Positions 34,829 to 45,381 of a stretch of 64,000 bases of DNA are shown piece after piece. The position numbers and the translations under genes were made by a program. The notes under the pieces were generated by a model. The model saw only the letters and a program-made list of their open reading frames with translations. It was not told the origin of the DNA and made no database searches. Every line of letters starts with the position of its first letter. The first letter of the stretch is position 1. Source of the DNA: an uncultured Gemmatimonadales bacterium (lineage in GTDB: Bacteria; Gemmatimonadota; Gemmatimonadetes; Gemmatimonadales; Gemmatimonadaceae); NCBI GenBank assembly GCA_963851265.1, contig CAWKNZ010000002.1, positions 1,184,001 through 1,248,000 on the forward strand, written 5' to 3'.

Positions 34829-35689
34829 ATGGCTTGGTTCAGGAAAGAGAAGAAACCGCGGCTCCCGCAGCGCGAACGGCTCGAAATTCCGCCGGATGCG
34901 TGGGAGAAGTGCGAGGCGTGCGGCCACACGGACCTGCGGGAAAAGTTCGTGCGGAACCTCAACGTGTGCCCGAACTGCGACTACCATCGTCGCATCCGCG
35001 CGCTCGACTACTGCAACATCCTGCTCGACGAGGGATGGTCGGAAACCGAGACGTCGCTGCGCTCCGCCGACCCGCTCGGGTTCCCCGAGTACCAGGCGCG
35101 GCTCGCGAAGGCGCAGACCAAGGTCGGTGAGTCCGACGCGATCCTGACGGCGACGGGCACGGTCGGCGATATCCCGGTCAACCTCGGCGTGATGGACTTC
35201 GCCTTCATGGGCGGCTCGATGGGATCGGTCGTCGGCGAGAAGATCGCCCGCGCGGGGCAGCGCGCGCTCGAGAAGAAGCAGCCGCTCATCATCGTGTCCA
35301 CGTCGGGCGGCGCACGCATGCAGGAAGGTGTGCTGTCGCTCATGCAGATGGCGAAGGCGGCCGCCGTGCTGTCGCAACTGGCCGAACGGCGCATTCCGTA
35401 CGTGTCGCTGCTGACCAATCCGACCACGGGTGGCGTGAGCGCGAGCTACGCGATGCTCGGCGACCTCATTCTCGCCGAGCCGGGCGCGGTGATCGGGTTC
35501 GCGGGGCCGCGCGTGATCAAGCAGACTCTCGGGCAGGACCTGCCGGAGGGCTTTCAGACGGCGGAGTTCCTCCTCGAGCACGGGATGCTCGACGCGGTGG
35601 TGCATCGCCGGCAACTCAAAGGCACGATCGGGCAGATGTTGCGACATATGACCGGCAAGCCCGCGGCCGCGGGCTACGCGGCAGACTGA
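34829..35689 (+). CDS. accD: Acetyl-CoA carboxylase carboxyltransferase beta subunit
   Basis: WEKCEAC..CPNC zinc ribbon, FMGGSMGSVVGE, SGGARMQEG, PTTGGVSAS. Confidence 0.97.
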   Translation: MAWFRKEKKPRLPQRERLEIPPDAWEKCEACGHTDLREKFVRNLNVCPNCDYHRRIRALDYCNILLDEGWSETETSLRSADPLGFPEYQARLAKAQTKVGESDAILTATGTVGDIPVNLGVMDFAFMGGSMGSVVGEKIARAGQRALEKKQPLIIVSTSGGARMQEGVLSLMQMAKAAAVLSQLAERRIPYVSLLTNPTTGGVSASYAMLGDLILAEPGAVIGFAGPRVIKQTLGQDLPEGFQTAEFLLEHGMLDAVVHRRQLKGTIGQMLRHMTGKPAAAGYAAD

Positions 35690-35703
35690 CCGCGGCATCA
35701 GCC

Positions 35704-36996
35704 GTGAGCGCGTACCGGGCCACGCTCGATGCCCTGTTCGCGCGCACCGGCGGCGCGAGCCGGTACGGCCTCGAGCGCGTGCACGCGCTGCTCGCGACTC
35801 TCGGCGATCCCCACCAGCGGTACCCGGTCTTTCACGTCGCCGGGACGAACGGGAAGGGGAGCACGGTCGCGCTGCTCACCGCGCTGCTTCGCGCGCAGGG
35901 GTTGCGAGTCGGTACGTACACGTCGCCGCACCTGGTCGACTTCCGCGAGCGCGTCGTCGTCGACGGTCGTGCGATTGCGGAGCACGAGGTGCTCGACTTC
36001 CTCGCGCGCTCCGACGCGGACGGCGTGGCGCTTGGCGCGACGTTCTTCGAGGTCACGACGGCGCTCGCCTTCGACCACTTCGCGCGCGAGCGTGTCGACG
36101 TCGCGGTGATCGAGACCGGACTCGGCGGCCGGCTCGATGCGACGAACGTCGTGACGCCGGTGGTCGCCGGCGTGACCGAGATCGGGCTCGACCACACCGA
36201 GTTGCTCGGGACGACGATCGGCGCGATCGCGCTCGAAAAGGCGGGGATCTACAAGGCCGGGATGCCGGCCGTCGTGGGCGCGTGGGGTGCCGACGCGCGC
36301 GACGTGCTGAGTGCACGGGCGCGCGCACTCGGTGCCGATCCGGTTCGCGTCGTGGCGGACGAGTGCCGGCTCTCGGACGTGCAGGTTGGCGCTGACGGGA
36401 CGCGGTTCGTGCTGCGCCACGCCGGAGTCGAGCGCGCGTTGCGCGTCCCGCTGCGTGGGGCGTTCCAGCCGCGCAACGCCGCGACCGCGTTGACGATGCT
36501 CGATGCCGCCGGGCCCGCGTACGCGCTGGACGCCGAGGCCGTCGACGCGGCGCTGGCGCGCGTGCGCCTACCCGGGCGCGCGGATCGGCGCGGGCGGTGG
36601 CTGTTCGACGTCGCGCACAACCCCGACGGGGCGCTCGCGCTCCGCGACACCGTCGACGCGCTGTCGACGGACGGTTTCGGATTACCCCGACCGATCACGG
36701 CGCTCGTCGGCGTCCTCGCCGACAAGGATTGGCGGGGCGTGTTGGACGCGCTCGCGCCGGTCGTCGACACGTTCGTGCTCTCGACGCCCCCGACCGCGCC
36801 GGCGGGCCGCGTGTGGGATCTGCGCGAGGTTGGTGCGCACGTCGCCGCGCGCGGGTACGTGGCGGAGATCGAACCGGACTTCGATCGCGCCCTCGCCGTG
36901 GTCGACGCTCGCCCCGGGACGGCGCTGGTGACGGGCTCGTTCCACACCGTCGGCGACGCGATGGCGCGCTTGCAGGCGGATCCGCTGGCCGCGTAG
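35704..36996 (+). CDS. folC: Folylpolyglutamate/dihydrofolate synthase
   Basis: HVAGTNGKGST, YTSPHL, ETGLGGRLDATNV, DVAHNPDG, TGS. Confidence 0.96.
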   Translation: MSAYRATLDALFARTGGASRYGLERVHALLATLGDPHQRYPVFHVAGTNGKGSTVALLTALLRAQGLRVGTYTSPHLVDFRERVVVDGRAIAEHEVLDFLARSDADGVALGATFFEVTTALAFDHFARERVDVAVIETGLGGRLDATNVVTPVVAGVTEIGLDHTELLGTTIGAIALEKAGIYKAGMPAVVGAWGADARDVLSARARALGADPVRVVADECRLSDVQVGADGTRFVLRHAGVERALRVPLRGAFQPRNAATALTMLDAAGPAYALDAEAVDAALARVRLPGRADRRGRWLFDVAHNPDGALALRDTVDALSTDGFGLPRPITALVGVLADKDWRGVLDALAPVVDTFVLSTPPTAPAGRVWDLREVGAHVAARGYVAEIEPDFDRALAVVDARPGTALVTGSFHTVGDAMARLQADPLAA

Positions 36997-37005
36997 CTTA
37001 GCCTG

Positions 37006-38370
37006 ATGTCCGCCAAGCCGCTCCCGGGATTTCGCGACTTCTACCCGCAGGAGTTCGCCGAGCGCGCGTACATCTTCCGCGTGTGGCGCGAGGTCGCGGC
37101 GCGGTACGGCTTCGTGGAGTACGACGGGCCGCCGTTGGAGCCGCTCGATCTGTACACGCGCAAGAGCGGCGACGAGATCGTCACGCAGCTCTACAACTTC
37201 ACGGACAAGGGCGGCCGCGACGTCGCGTTGCGCCCCGAGATGACGCCGACGTTCGCGCGGCTCGTCGGCGCGAAGGCGAACGCGCTGCGCAAGCCTGTGC
37301 GCTGGTTCTCGATTCCGCAGCTGTTCCGGTACGAGCGGCAGCAGCGGGGACGGCTCCGCGAGCACTTCCAGCTCAACGTCGACCTCGTGGGCGAGGCCGA
37401 CGTGACGGCGGACTCGGAGCTGCTCTCGGTCGCGGTGGACATCATGCGCGGCTTCGGCCTGACGCACGAGGACGTGCGGGCGCGCGTGAGCGACCGCCGG
37501 CTGCTCGCGGCGCTGCTGCGCGGCATCGGCCTAACGGACGAACAGCTTCCCGCGGCGTACGCCGCCGTGGACAAGGTCGAACGCGACCCGCGCGACGTGC
37601 TCGTCGAACGGCTGACCGCGGCCGGCGTCGGCGCCGAGGCCGCCGGGCGCGTGCTCGACCTCGCGCGCGCCACGACCGTCGACGCGTTGCGCGCCGAGCA
37701 CGGCGCCGACCCCGCGGTGACCGAGGCGCTCGACCGCATGGCGCGGTACGTCGAGTACTGCGACGCGCTCGGCATCGCCGAGTGGGTATCGATCGACCTG
37801 TCGATCGTGCGCGGGCTGGCGTACTACACGGGCGTGGTGTTCGAGCTGTTCGACGCGAAGGGCGAGTTCCGGGCGATCTGTGGCGGCGGCCGCTACGACG
37901 CGCTGTTAGGCGCCCTCGGCGGTGCGGAGATGCCGGCGCTCGGCTTCGGGATGGGCGACGTCGTGCTGGGCGAGCTGCTCCGAGATCGGAAGCTGATGCC
38001 CGCGGCCGAGCCCGCACTCGACTACTGGGTCGAGGTCGATCCCGCGGCGCCGGATGCCCAGCCACGCGCGATGGCGCTCGCGACGCGACTGCGTGCGCGG
38101 TGGCGCGCGCGTCGAGTATCCGCTCCGGCGCGCAGGCGGTCGGCAAACAGACAGAAGGCGGCGTTCGCACGCCGGCGCTTGCCGCATCGTTCGCGCGCTC
38201 GGGCCGAACGACTCGGCGCGATGAGTACGAGATCGAAGTCCTCGCCGACGGCGCGCGCACGAAGTCGTGCGCGGCGATGCCTGGATATCCGAGCCGTCCG
38301 GCGAACCCGCTCGCGCGACGACCGACGAACACTCGCAAACCGAACTGCATGGCCGACGACAAGAAGCTGA
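37006..38370 (+). CDS. hisS: Histidyl-tRNA synthetase; anticodon-binding domain disrupted by several indels after about 38095, true stop uncertain
   Basis: [49 protein letters not shown]. Confidence 0.93.
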   Translation: MSAKPLPGFRDFYPQEFAERAYIFRVWREVAARYGFVEYDGPPLEPLDLYTRKSGDEIVTQLYNFTDKGGRDVALRPEMTPTFARLVGAKANALRKPVRWFSIPQLFRYERQQRGRLREHFQLNVDLVGEADVTADSELLSVAVDIMRGFGLTHEDVRARVSDRRLLAALLRGIGLTDEQLPAAYAAVDKVERDPRDVLVERLTAAGVGAEAAGRVLDLARATTVDALRAEHGADPAVTEALDRMARYVEYCDALGIAEWVSIDLSIVRGLAYYTGVVFELFDAKGEFRAICGGGRYDALLGALGGAEMPALGFGMGDVVLGELLRDRKLMPAAEPALDYWVEVDPAAPDAQPRAMALATRLRARWRARRVSAPARRRSANRQKAAFARRRLPHRSRARAERLGAMSTRSKSSPTARARSRARRCLDIRAVRRTRSRDDRRTLANRTAWPTTRS

Positions 38371-39815
38371 CCACCCGCGCCGCCGACTTCAGCGCCTGGT
38401 ACAACGAACTGGTCGTGCGGGCGGAGCTCGCCGACTACGCGCCGGTGCGCGGCTGCATGGTCATCCGACCCAACGGCTACGGGATCTGGGAGCGCATGCA
38501 GCGCGCGCTCGACGACATGTTCAAGGAGACGGGGCACGTCAACGCGTACTTCCCGCTCTTCATCCCGCAGAGCTTCCTCAGCAAGGAGGCGCAGCACGTC
38601 GAGGGCTTCGCGCCCGAGACGGCGGTGGTCACGCACGGCGGCGGGAAGGAGCTGGAGGAGCCGCTCGTCGTCCGGCCCACGTCGGAGACCATCATCTACT
38701 CGATGTTCTCGAAGTGGGTGCAGAGTTACCGCGACCTGCCGCTGCTCTACAACCAGTGGGCGAACGTCGTGCGCTGGGAGATGCGCACGCGGCTGTTCCT
38801 GCGGACGCTCGAGTTCCTGTGGCAGGAGGGGCACACCGCGCACGCCACGCACGACGAGGCGGAAGAGGAGGCGCGGAAGATGCTCGGTGTGTACCGCGAC
38901 TTCATGGAAGGGTGGATCGCGATGCCCGTGGTCACCGGGCAGAAGACCGAGAGCGAGAAGTTCGCGGGCGCGCTGCGCACGTATAGCTGTGAGGCGATGA
39001 TGCAGGACGGGCGCGCGCTGCAGGCGGGCACGTCGCACAACCTCGGGCAGAACTTCGCGAAGGCGTTCGACCTCACGTTCCAGAGCGAGGCCGGCACCGT
39101 CGAGCATGCGTGGAACACGAGCTGGGGCGTGTCGACGCGGATGGTCGGCGGCCTCATCATGACCCACTCGGACGACAACGGCCTCCAAACGCCGCCGCTG
39201 CTCGCGCCAATCGAGCTCGTCATCGTGCCGATCTATCGGACCGACGAGGACCGCGCGCGCGTGGTCGAGGCGGCCGAACGGATACGGCGGGCACTCGCCG
39301 ACTGGGAGCGGCGCGACCCCAATCGCTTACGTGTGCACGTCGACGTACGGGAGGGCCTCAAGCCCGGCGCGAAGTACTACCACTGGGAACTGCGGGGCAT
39401 CCCCGTCCGCATGGAACTCGGGCCCCGCGACCTCGATGCGAATCAGGCGGTGCTCGTCCGGCGGGATACGCGTGCGAAGAAGACCGTCTCGCTCGACGCG
39501 ATCGGCGAAGAAGTCGAGGAGCTGCTCGAGACCATCCAGAACGACATGCTCGCGGCGGCCCGCGCGCGTCTCGACGCGCGCTCGTATCGCGGCGTGACGA
39601 GCTACGACCAGTTCAAGGAGATCGTCGAGGCGGGTGGGTTCGTGTACGCCGGCTGGAACGGCGACCCGGCGGTCGAGGCGCGCGTGAAGGAGGAGACCAA
39701 GGCCACCATCCGCGTGATCCCGGACGAGGAGTTCCGGAGCGCCGAAGCGCCGACGCGCTGCCTGGTCACCGGGGAGCCGGCGCGGCACGAGGTGCTGTGG
39801 GCGCGGGCGTACTAG
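38349..39815 (+). CDS. proS: Prolyl-tRNA synthetase, archaeal/eukaryotic type without editing insert
   Basis: [50 protein letters not shown]-terminal ARAY. Confidence 0.97.
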   Translation: MADDKKLTTRAADFSAWYNELVVRAELADYAPVRGCMVIRPNGYGIWERMQRALDDMFKETGHVNAYFPLFIPQSFLSKEAQHVEGFAPETAVVTHGGGKELEEPLVVRPTSETIIYSMFSKWVQSYRDLPLLYNQWANVVRWEMRTRLFLRTLEFLWQEGHTAHATHDEAEEEARKMLGVYRDFMEGWIAMPVVTGQKTESEKFAGALRTYSCEAMMQDGRALQAGTSHNLGQNFAKAFDLTFQSEAGTVEHAWNTSWGVSTRMVGGLIMTHSDDNGLQTPPLLAPIELVIVPIYRTDEDRARVVEAAERIRRALADWERRDPNRLRVHVDVREGLKPGAKYYHWELRGIPVRMELGPRDLDANQAVLVRRDTRAKKTVSLDAIGEEVEELLETIQNDMLAAARARLDARSYRGVTSYDQFKEIVEAGGFVYAGWNGDPAVEARVKEETKATIRVIPDEEFRSAEAPTRCLVTGEPARHEVLWARAY

Positions 39816-41101
39816 CGCCGCGCGACGCGGCGGTCGCGGACGCGCCGGCCGCGTTCGCGCACCTGGACGGCGTCCTCCACGCCGGCGGAGTGTCGCTCCC
39901 CGCGATCGCCGACGCGGTCGGGACGCCGACGTACGTGTACGACGTCGCGACCGTGCGGGCGCAGTACGCGCGGCTCGTGCGCGCGTTCGCCGGCGTTCCG
40001 CACCGAATCCACTACAGCGTGAAGGCCAACTCCAACCTGTCGATCCTCCGCGAATTCCAGGCGTTAGGCGCGGGGGTGGACGTGGTGTCGGGGGGCGAAC
40101 TGTTCCGCGCGCGCGAGGCCGGGTTCGGGCGGGGCGACGTGGTGTTCAGCGGCGTCGGAAAGACGGCGCGCGAGCTCGGCGAGGCGCTCGACGCCGGCGT
40201 GCTGTTCGTCAACGTCGAGAGCGAGGGCGAACTGCTGCTGCTCGACGCGGTCGCGGCGGATCGCCGCGTCGTCGCGCCGCTCGCGCTACGCGTAAACCCC
40301 GAAGTCAGCGTGGACAGCCCGCACGAGTACATCCGGACCGGCGAAAAGGGGCACAAGTTCGGCATTCCGTTCGACGAGGTGCCCGCCGCGGCGGAGCTTG
40401 CCCGCTCGCTCGACCACGTGCGGCTCGTCGGATTGGACATGCACATCGGGTCGCAACTGGCGACCTTCGACCCGTACGGCGCCGCTCTCCTACGCGTGAT
40501 CGGGTTGCTGACACGCCTGCGCGCGGACGGGGCCGACACGATCGAGTACCTCGACATCGGCGGCGGCCTCGCCGTCACGTATCGGGACGAGCCGGCGGCC
40601 GACGTCGACCGTTTCGCCCGCGGCGTCAGGGACGCGATTCGCGGGCTCGGCGTCTCACTGGTGCTCGAACCGGGGCGCTTCCTCGTCGCCGAGTCTGGCG
40701 TGCTGCTCGCGCGCGTGCTCTACCGCAAGCGGAGCGGCGGCAAGGAATACGTGATCACCGACGCCGGAATGAACGACCTCGTGCGGCCGTCGCACTACGA
40801 CGCGTACCATGCCATCACGCCCGTGGTCCCGCGCGGCGGCCGCGTGCTCGCCGACGTCGTCGGACCGGTGTGCGAGAGCGGAGACTTTCTCGCGCTCGAC
40901 CGCGAACTCGACGACGTGCGGCCCGGGGACCTCCTCGCCGTGCACACGGCCGGAGCCTACGGTTTCGCGATGTCGTCCAACTACAACTCGCGCCCGCGCG
41001 CGGCGGAGGTCGTCGTCGACGGCGGCGCGTGGCGCGTCGTGACGACGCGCGAGTCGTACGAGGACCTCGTGCGGCACGAGCGGGACGGAGGTGCGCCGTG
41101 A
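39797..41101 (+). CDS. lysA: Diaminopimelate decarboxylase
   Basis: YSVKAN (PLP lysine), [37 protein letters not shown] start inferred, overlapping the proS end. Confidence 0.95.
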   Translation: MGAGVLAPRDAAVADAPAAFAHLDGVLHAGGVSLPAIADAVGTPTYVYDVATVRAQYARLVRAFAGVPHRIHYSVKANSNLSILREFQALGAGVDVVSGGELFRAREAGFGRGDVVFSGVGKTARELGEALDAGVLFVNVESEGELLLLDAVAADRRVVAPLALRVNPEVSVDSPHEYIRTGEKGHKFGIPFDEVPAAAELARSLDHVRLVGLDMHIGSQLATFDPYGAALLRVIGLLTRLRADGADTIEYLDIGGGLAVTYRDEPAADVDRFARGVRDAIRGLGVSLVLEPGRFLVAESGVLLARVLYRKRSGGKEYVITDAGMNDLVRPSHYDAYHAITPVVPRGGRVLADVVGPVCESGDFLALDRELDDVRPGDLLAVHTAGAYGFAMSSNYNSRPRAAEVVVDGGAWRVVTTRESYEDLVRHERDGGAP

Positions 41102-41607
41102 AGGTCGGGCTGATCAGCGACACGCACGACCGGGTGCCGGCCGTGGAGGCGCTCGTCTCGCGGATGGCCGCGGCCGGTGCCGAGTTCGTGCTGCACGCGG
41201 GCGACTACTGCGCCCCGTTCTCGCTCGCGCCGTTCCGCACCGCGGGGCTGCCGCTGCTCGGCGTGTTCGGCCGGAACGATGGCGACCGCGACGGACTACG
41301 TGCGATGGCCGCGGCGCTCCCGGCGGGTGGCGAGCTGTTCGAGTCGCCGCACTCCCTCGAGTTGGGCGGCCGGTCGCTACTGCTGGTCCACGACCTCGGG
41401 GACGCGCTCGCGCGCTCGGTCGAGGGCCACGCGGTCGTGATCCACGGGTGTTCGCACCGCGCCGAAGTGCGCCAGCGCGGCTCGACTCTCGTGGTGAACC
41501 CCGGCGAGGGGTGCGGGTGGCTGACGGGGACGTGCACCGCGATGGTGCTCGACCTCGACGCGCTCACGGTGGAGCGGCTCGCGCTCGACCTTCCGCGTAC
41601 GGCCTGA
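41098..41607 (+). CDS. YfcE/MJ0936-family metallophosphoesterase
   Basis: ISDTHD, HAGD, GRND, NPGE. Confidence 0.85.
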   Translation: MKVGLISDTHDRVPAVEALVSRMAAAGAEFVLHAGDYCAPFSLAPFRTAGLPLLGVFGRNDGDRDGLRAMAAALPAGGELFESPHSLELGGRSLLLVHDLGDALARSVEGHAVVIHGCSHRAEVRQRGSTLVVNPGEGCGWLTGTCTAMVLDLDALTVERLALDLPRTA

Positions 41608-41633
41608 CGTACGGCCTGACGTACGGCCTGACG
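41596..41633 (+). repeat. Tandem repeat, 3 x 12 bp CGTACGGCCTGA
   Basis: Exact units at 41596, 41608 and 41620; the first contains the phosphoesterase stop codon. Confidence 0.95.
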
Positions 41634-41698
41634 GGTTCGCGGTCGCCGCGCTCGGGAGGCCGGCGTGCCGGCGTCTTTCGTCTTCTATCTCCACGATC

Positions 41699-43243
41699 GT
41701 GTCCAGCCGCATCCTCATCCTCGACTACGGGTCGCAGTACACGCAACTGATCGCGCGCCGCGTGCGCGAGGCGCGCGTCTACTCCGAGATTCACCCGCCG
41801 ACGCGCACGATCGAGTGGATCCGGGACTGGGCGCCGACGGGAATCATCCTGTCAGGCGGCCCCAACTCGGTGTACGGTGAGAACGTCCCGACCGCGGACC
41901 CCGCGCTGCTCGACGTCGCGCCGATCCTCGGCATCTGCTACGGGATGCAACTCGTCGCGCACCTCTCGCGCGGTGCGGTCACGCGCGGCGGGCGGCGCGA
42001 GTACGGCCGCGCGGAGATGCGCGTCGACGAACCCGCCGGACTCTTCGCCGGATTCGACGCCGGCGAGACCGCGACGGTGTGGATGAGCCACGGGGATCAC
42101 GTCGACGTGGTGCCCGAGGGCTACGTCGTCACGGCCAGCAGCGCGACGAACCCGATCGCTGCGATGCGCCACGTCGCGAAGCCGATCCACTGCGTGCAGT
42201 TCCACCCCGAGGTCGCGCATACGCCGCGCGGCACCGAGCTCATCGCCAACTTCCTCTTCGCCGTGTGCGGGGCGGACGCGACGTGGACGCCGGGCGCGTT
42301 CGTTGCCGAGGAGGTCGAGCGCGTGCGCGGGCGCGTCGGCGCGTCGCGCGTGATCTGCGGACTCTCCGGCGGCGTGGACTCGGCCGTCGCCGCGGCGCTC
42401 GTGCACCGTGCTGTCGGCGACCAGCTCACCTGCATCTTCGTCGACACGGGACTGCTGCGGCGGCACGAGCGCGATCAGGTCGAGCGCACGTTCCGCCAGC
42501 ACATGCACGTGGATCTTCGCGTCGTCGACGCGTCGGAGCGCTTCCTTACCGCGTTGGCGGGCGTCGACGACCCGGAGCAGAAGCGCAAGATCATCGGGCA
42601 CACGTTCATCGACGTGTTCGAGGATGCCGCTGCGTCGGTCGGCACCGACGTCCGATTCCTCGTGCAGGGAACGCTGTATCCCGACGTGATCGAGAGCGCG
42701 TCACCGACGGGCGGCGCGAGCGTGACGATCAAGACGCATCACAACGTGGGGGGCCTCAAGCCCGACATGCAGTTCCAGCTCATCGAGCCCTTGCGCGAGC
42801 TGTTCAAGGACGAGGTGCGGAACGTCGGGCGTGAGCTCGGGCTTCCCGAGGAGATGGTAGGACGGCACCCGTTCCCCGGGCCGGGCCTCGCCATCCGCGT
42901 GCTCGGCGCGGTCACGCCCGCGCAGCTGGAGGTGCTCCGCGCGGCCGACGCGATCTACCTCGAGGAGATCCGCGCCGCAGGACTGTACGACGAGATCTGG
43001 CAGGCGTTCGCGGTGCTCCTCCCCGTGCGGAGCGTCGGCGTGATGGGGGACGAGCGAACGTACGACTACGTGCTCGCGCTGCGCGCCGTGACGAGTACGG
43101 ACGGGATGACGGCCGACTGGTATCCGATGCCCCACGACGTGCTCGCGCGCATGTCCAATCGGATCATCAACGAGGTGGACGGCGTCAACCGCGTCGCGTA
43201 CGACGTCAGCTCCAAGCCGCCCGCCACGATCGAGTGGGAGTGA
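41699..43243 (+). CDS. guaA: GMP synthase (glutamine-hydrolysing)
   Basis: [48 protein letters not shown]. Confidence 0.98.
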   Translation: MSSRILILDYGSQYTQLIARRVREARVYSEIHPPTRTIEWIRDWAPTGIILSGGPNSVYGENVPTADPALLDVAPILGICYGMQLVAHLSRGAVTRGGRREYGRAEMRVDEPAGLFAGFDAGETATVWMSHGDHVDVVPEGYVVTASSATNPIAAMRHVAKPIHCVQFHPEVAHTPRGTELIANFLFAVCGADATWTPGAFVAEEVERVRGRVGASRVICGLSGGVDSAVAAALVHRAVGDQLTCIFVDTGLLRRHERDQVERTFRQHMHVDLRVVDASERFLTALAGVDDPEQKRKIIGHTFIDVFEDAAASVGTDVRFLVQGTLYPDVIESASPTGGASVTIKTHHNVGGLKPDMQFQLIEPLRELFKDEVRNVGRELGLPEEMVGRHPFPGPGLAIRVLGAVTPAQLEVLRAADAIYLEEIRAAGLYDEIWQAFAVLLPVRSVGVMGDERTYDYVLALRAVTSTDGMTADWYPMPHDVLARMSNRIINEVDGVNRVAYDVSSKPPATIEWE

Positions 43244-43267
43244 GGCCGTGCGGGCGGCGCGGCTGCG

Positions 43268-43720
43268 TTACACGCCCTTCTCCTTCAGCAGCTCCATGAA
43301 CTGACTCGGCTGCGTCAGCTCCAACAGCCGCTGCGGTACGTCGGGCTCCTTGCTGAACTGCGCGATCTTGCCGAGCACCGGTAAGTACTGGTTCGAGACC
43401 TCGAGCGGCGGCGCGACGATGAGGAAGCAGAAGTGCACCGGCTTCTCGTCGATCGCCTTGAAGTCGATCCCGTCCTTCTTGCGCCCGAAGGCCACGCGGA
43501 GCTTGTTGACGACGAGCGATCGGCAGTGCGGGATTGCGATACCGCGGCCGATGCCCGTGGAGCCGAGGTTCTCGCGACGCTTGAGCATCTTGAAGAGCAT
43601 CCCCTCGGACTTATCGTCGAGCTTCAGCAGACTGATGAGTTCCTTGAGGACGTCGTCCTTGCTGGTCGCCTCGAGGTCGAGTCGGACGGCGTCCTCGGAG
43701 AAAAACTCGCGCAGTTCCAT
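43268..43720 (-). CDS. PTS EIIA domain protein (fructose/mannitol/Ntr family)
   Basis: RENLGSTGIGRGIAIPHCR with phospho-His; F.AID.KPV. Confidence 0.9.
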   Translation of the reverse strand: MELREFFSEDAVRLDLEATSKDDVLKELISLLKLDDKSEGMLFKMLKRRENLGSTGIGRGIAIPHCRSLVVNKLRVAFGRKKDGIDFKAIDEKPVHFCFLIVAPPLEVSNQYLPVLGKIAQFSKEPDVPQRLLELTQPSQFMELLKEKGV

Positions 43721-43842
43721 GGCACGTACGGGAGGAAGGCCGCGCGAGGCGAGACGTGGTGCTGCAGCGCGGCGGAGCACGCCAAGCTAGGAACGGCCCG
43801 CTCGAGCGGCAAGCGCGGTCCGGGGCGGCTAACTTCCCTCGT

Positions 43843-44908
43843 ATGCCCGCGTTCCCTTTCCCCGTCACCGCCGCGGTCCCGCTCTACCTCGCGCCGATGG
43901 CCGGAGTGTCGGAGTCACCGTTTCGGCGGCTCTGCCGTGCGCACGGCGCCGACGTCGTCGTGACCGAGTTCCTCTCCGCTGAGGGGATCCGGCGGGAGAA
44001 CGAGGCGACGCTCCGAAAGCTGCGCTTCGGACCGGACGAGCGGCCGATCGGCGTGCAGATCTTCGGCGCCGATGCCGGTGGCGATGGCGGACGCAGCCGC
44101 GCTCGTCACCGACGTGTTTCAACCCGAGTTCGTCGACATCAACTTCGGGTGCCCGGTGAAGAAGGTGGTCCGGCGGAACGGCGGGTCCGGGTGCCTCAAG
44201 GACATGGACCTCGTCGCCTCGATCATCCGCGCCGTGGCCGCGGCGACGCACCTCCCGGTGACGGTGAAGACGCGAAGCGGCTGGAGTGAGGACACGCGCG
44301 ACCCCGTGGGTATCGCGCTGCGGATGCAGGACGCTGGGGCGCGCGCGTTCACGTTGCACGCGCGCACGCGGACGCAGATGTACACCGGGCACGCACGCTG
44401 GGAGGAGATCGCGGCCGTGGTCGAGGCGCTCGACGTCCCGGTGATCGGGAACGGCGACATCAAGACCCCGGAAGATGCGCTCCGCATGTTGCAGGTGACC
44501 GGCGCGGCCGGGATCATGATCGGGCGCGGCTCGTACGGGCAGCCGTGGATCTTCGATCAGGCCAAGGACCTGATCGCCGGCCGGGAGATGCGGGCGACGC
44601 CGCCGGTCGAGGAACGGTTCGCGGTCGCGCTCGGGCATGCGCGGATGGTGCGGGCGTACGAAGTCGACCCGGTCGGCGCGGCGCTCGAATTCCGCAAGCA
44701 CCTGGGGTGGTACGTGAAGGGGCTGCCGAACTCGGCCGACCTACGGCGCCGGTTGCACACGGTCAACTCGTTCGACGAAGTCGAGGGGATCTTCGCCGAC
44801 TACCTCGACCGCCGCGCGCGCGGAGAGTTCGCCGACACGCCCGCCGCCGTCGCGGCCGGCGGTGACGACGGGCCCGAGTTCACCGACCCCTGCTGCGCGG
44901 TGGACTGA
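43843..44908 (+). CDS. dusB: tRNA-dihydrouridine synthase, split by a +1 frameshift near 44074 (probable sequencing error)
   Basis: First frame: LAPMAGV, GVQIFG. Second frame: DINFGCP, VTVKTR, LHAR, NGDI, MIGRG, RKHL.WY. Confidence 0.9.
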
Positions 44909-44911
44909 CGC

Positions 44912-44941
44912 TGGCACCTCCGCCGGTCGCGCGTGTATACT
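44912..44941 (+). promoter_or_regulatory. Probable ssrA promoter
   Basis: TATACT (44936-44941) 8 nt before the tmRNA 5' end; weak -35 TGGCAC at 18 bp spacing. Confidence 0.55.
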
Positions 44942-44949
44942 GTGGGAAC

Positions 44950-45305
44950 GGGGGTGACTGGCTTCGACGGGGTCGGTAACGCCGTGGTTGCGTGTCCAGG
45001 TGCTGAGCCCTGGTGAAACACTCGGCAAAACACTACACGCCAACAACAACCTGGCGCTCGCTGCCTAACCCTTAGGGGTTAGCGTGGCAGTGCTCACGGA
45101 GTAGCCCGCCCGGGGCGACACGTGAGTAACGCAAATCTGGGCTAGTCCTGCGGTGTGTCGTCTATCGCGGGGCGAAACTCTAGACGACTTGTCTGGGCGT
45201 GGGCGGCCTGCCGGCCAGCGACCAGAGACCTCAATCGGCAGGATACACACGTAGACGCTGCGGTATAGCTCATCTCGGACAGGGGTTCGACTCCCCTCAC
45301 CTCCA
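44950..45305 (+). ncRNA. ssrA: tmRNA; tag peptide ANNNLALAA encoded at 45039-45068
   Basis: 5' GGGGGTGA..TTCGAC pairs with 3' CACCTCCA, G3-U wobble; T-arm GGGGTTCGACTCCCC; tag ends ALAA-stop; CCA not encoded. Confidence 0.96.
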
Positions 45306-45312
45306 CTGTCGT

Positions 45313-45352
45313 GACGCGGGCCGGTGTGCATTTCTGCACACCGGCCCGCGTC
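45313..45352. terminator. Perfect 18 bp hairpin between convergent ssrA and ppdK
   Basis: GACGCGGGCCGGTGTGCA-TTTC-TGCACACCGGCCCGCGTC; no long U tract. Confidence 0.6.
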
Positions 45353-45381
45353 GCGTTCGGCGCGCCGGTCGCCGCTGGCGC

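Noticed and set aside
41596..41633. Possible CRISPR array
   Set aside because: 12 bp head-to-tail units with no spacers and no cas genes in the window.
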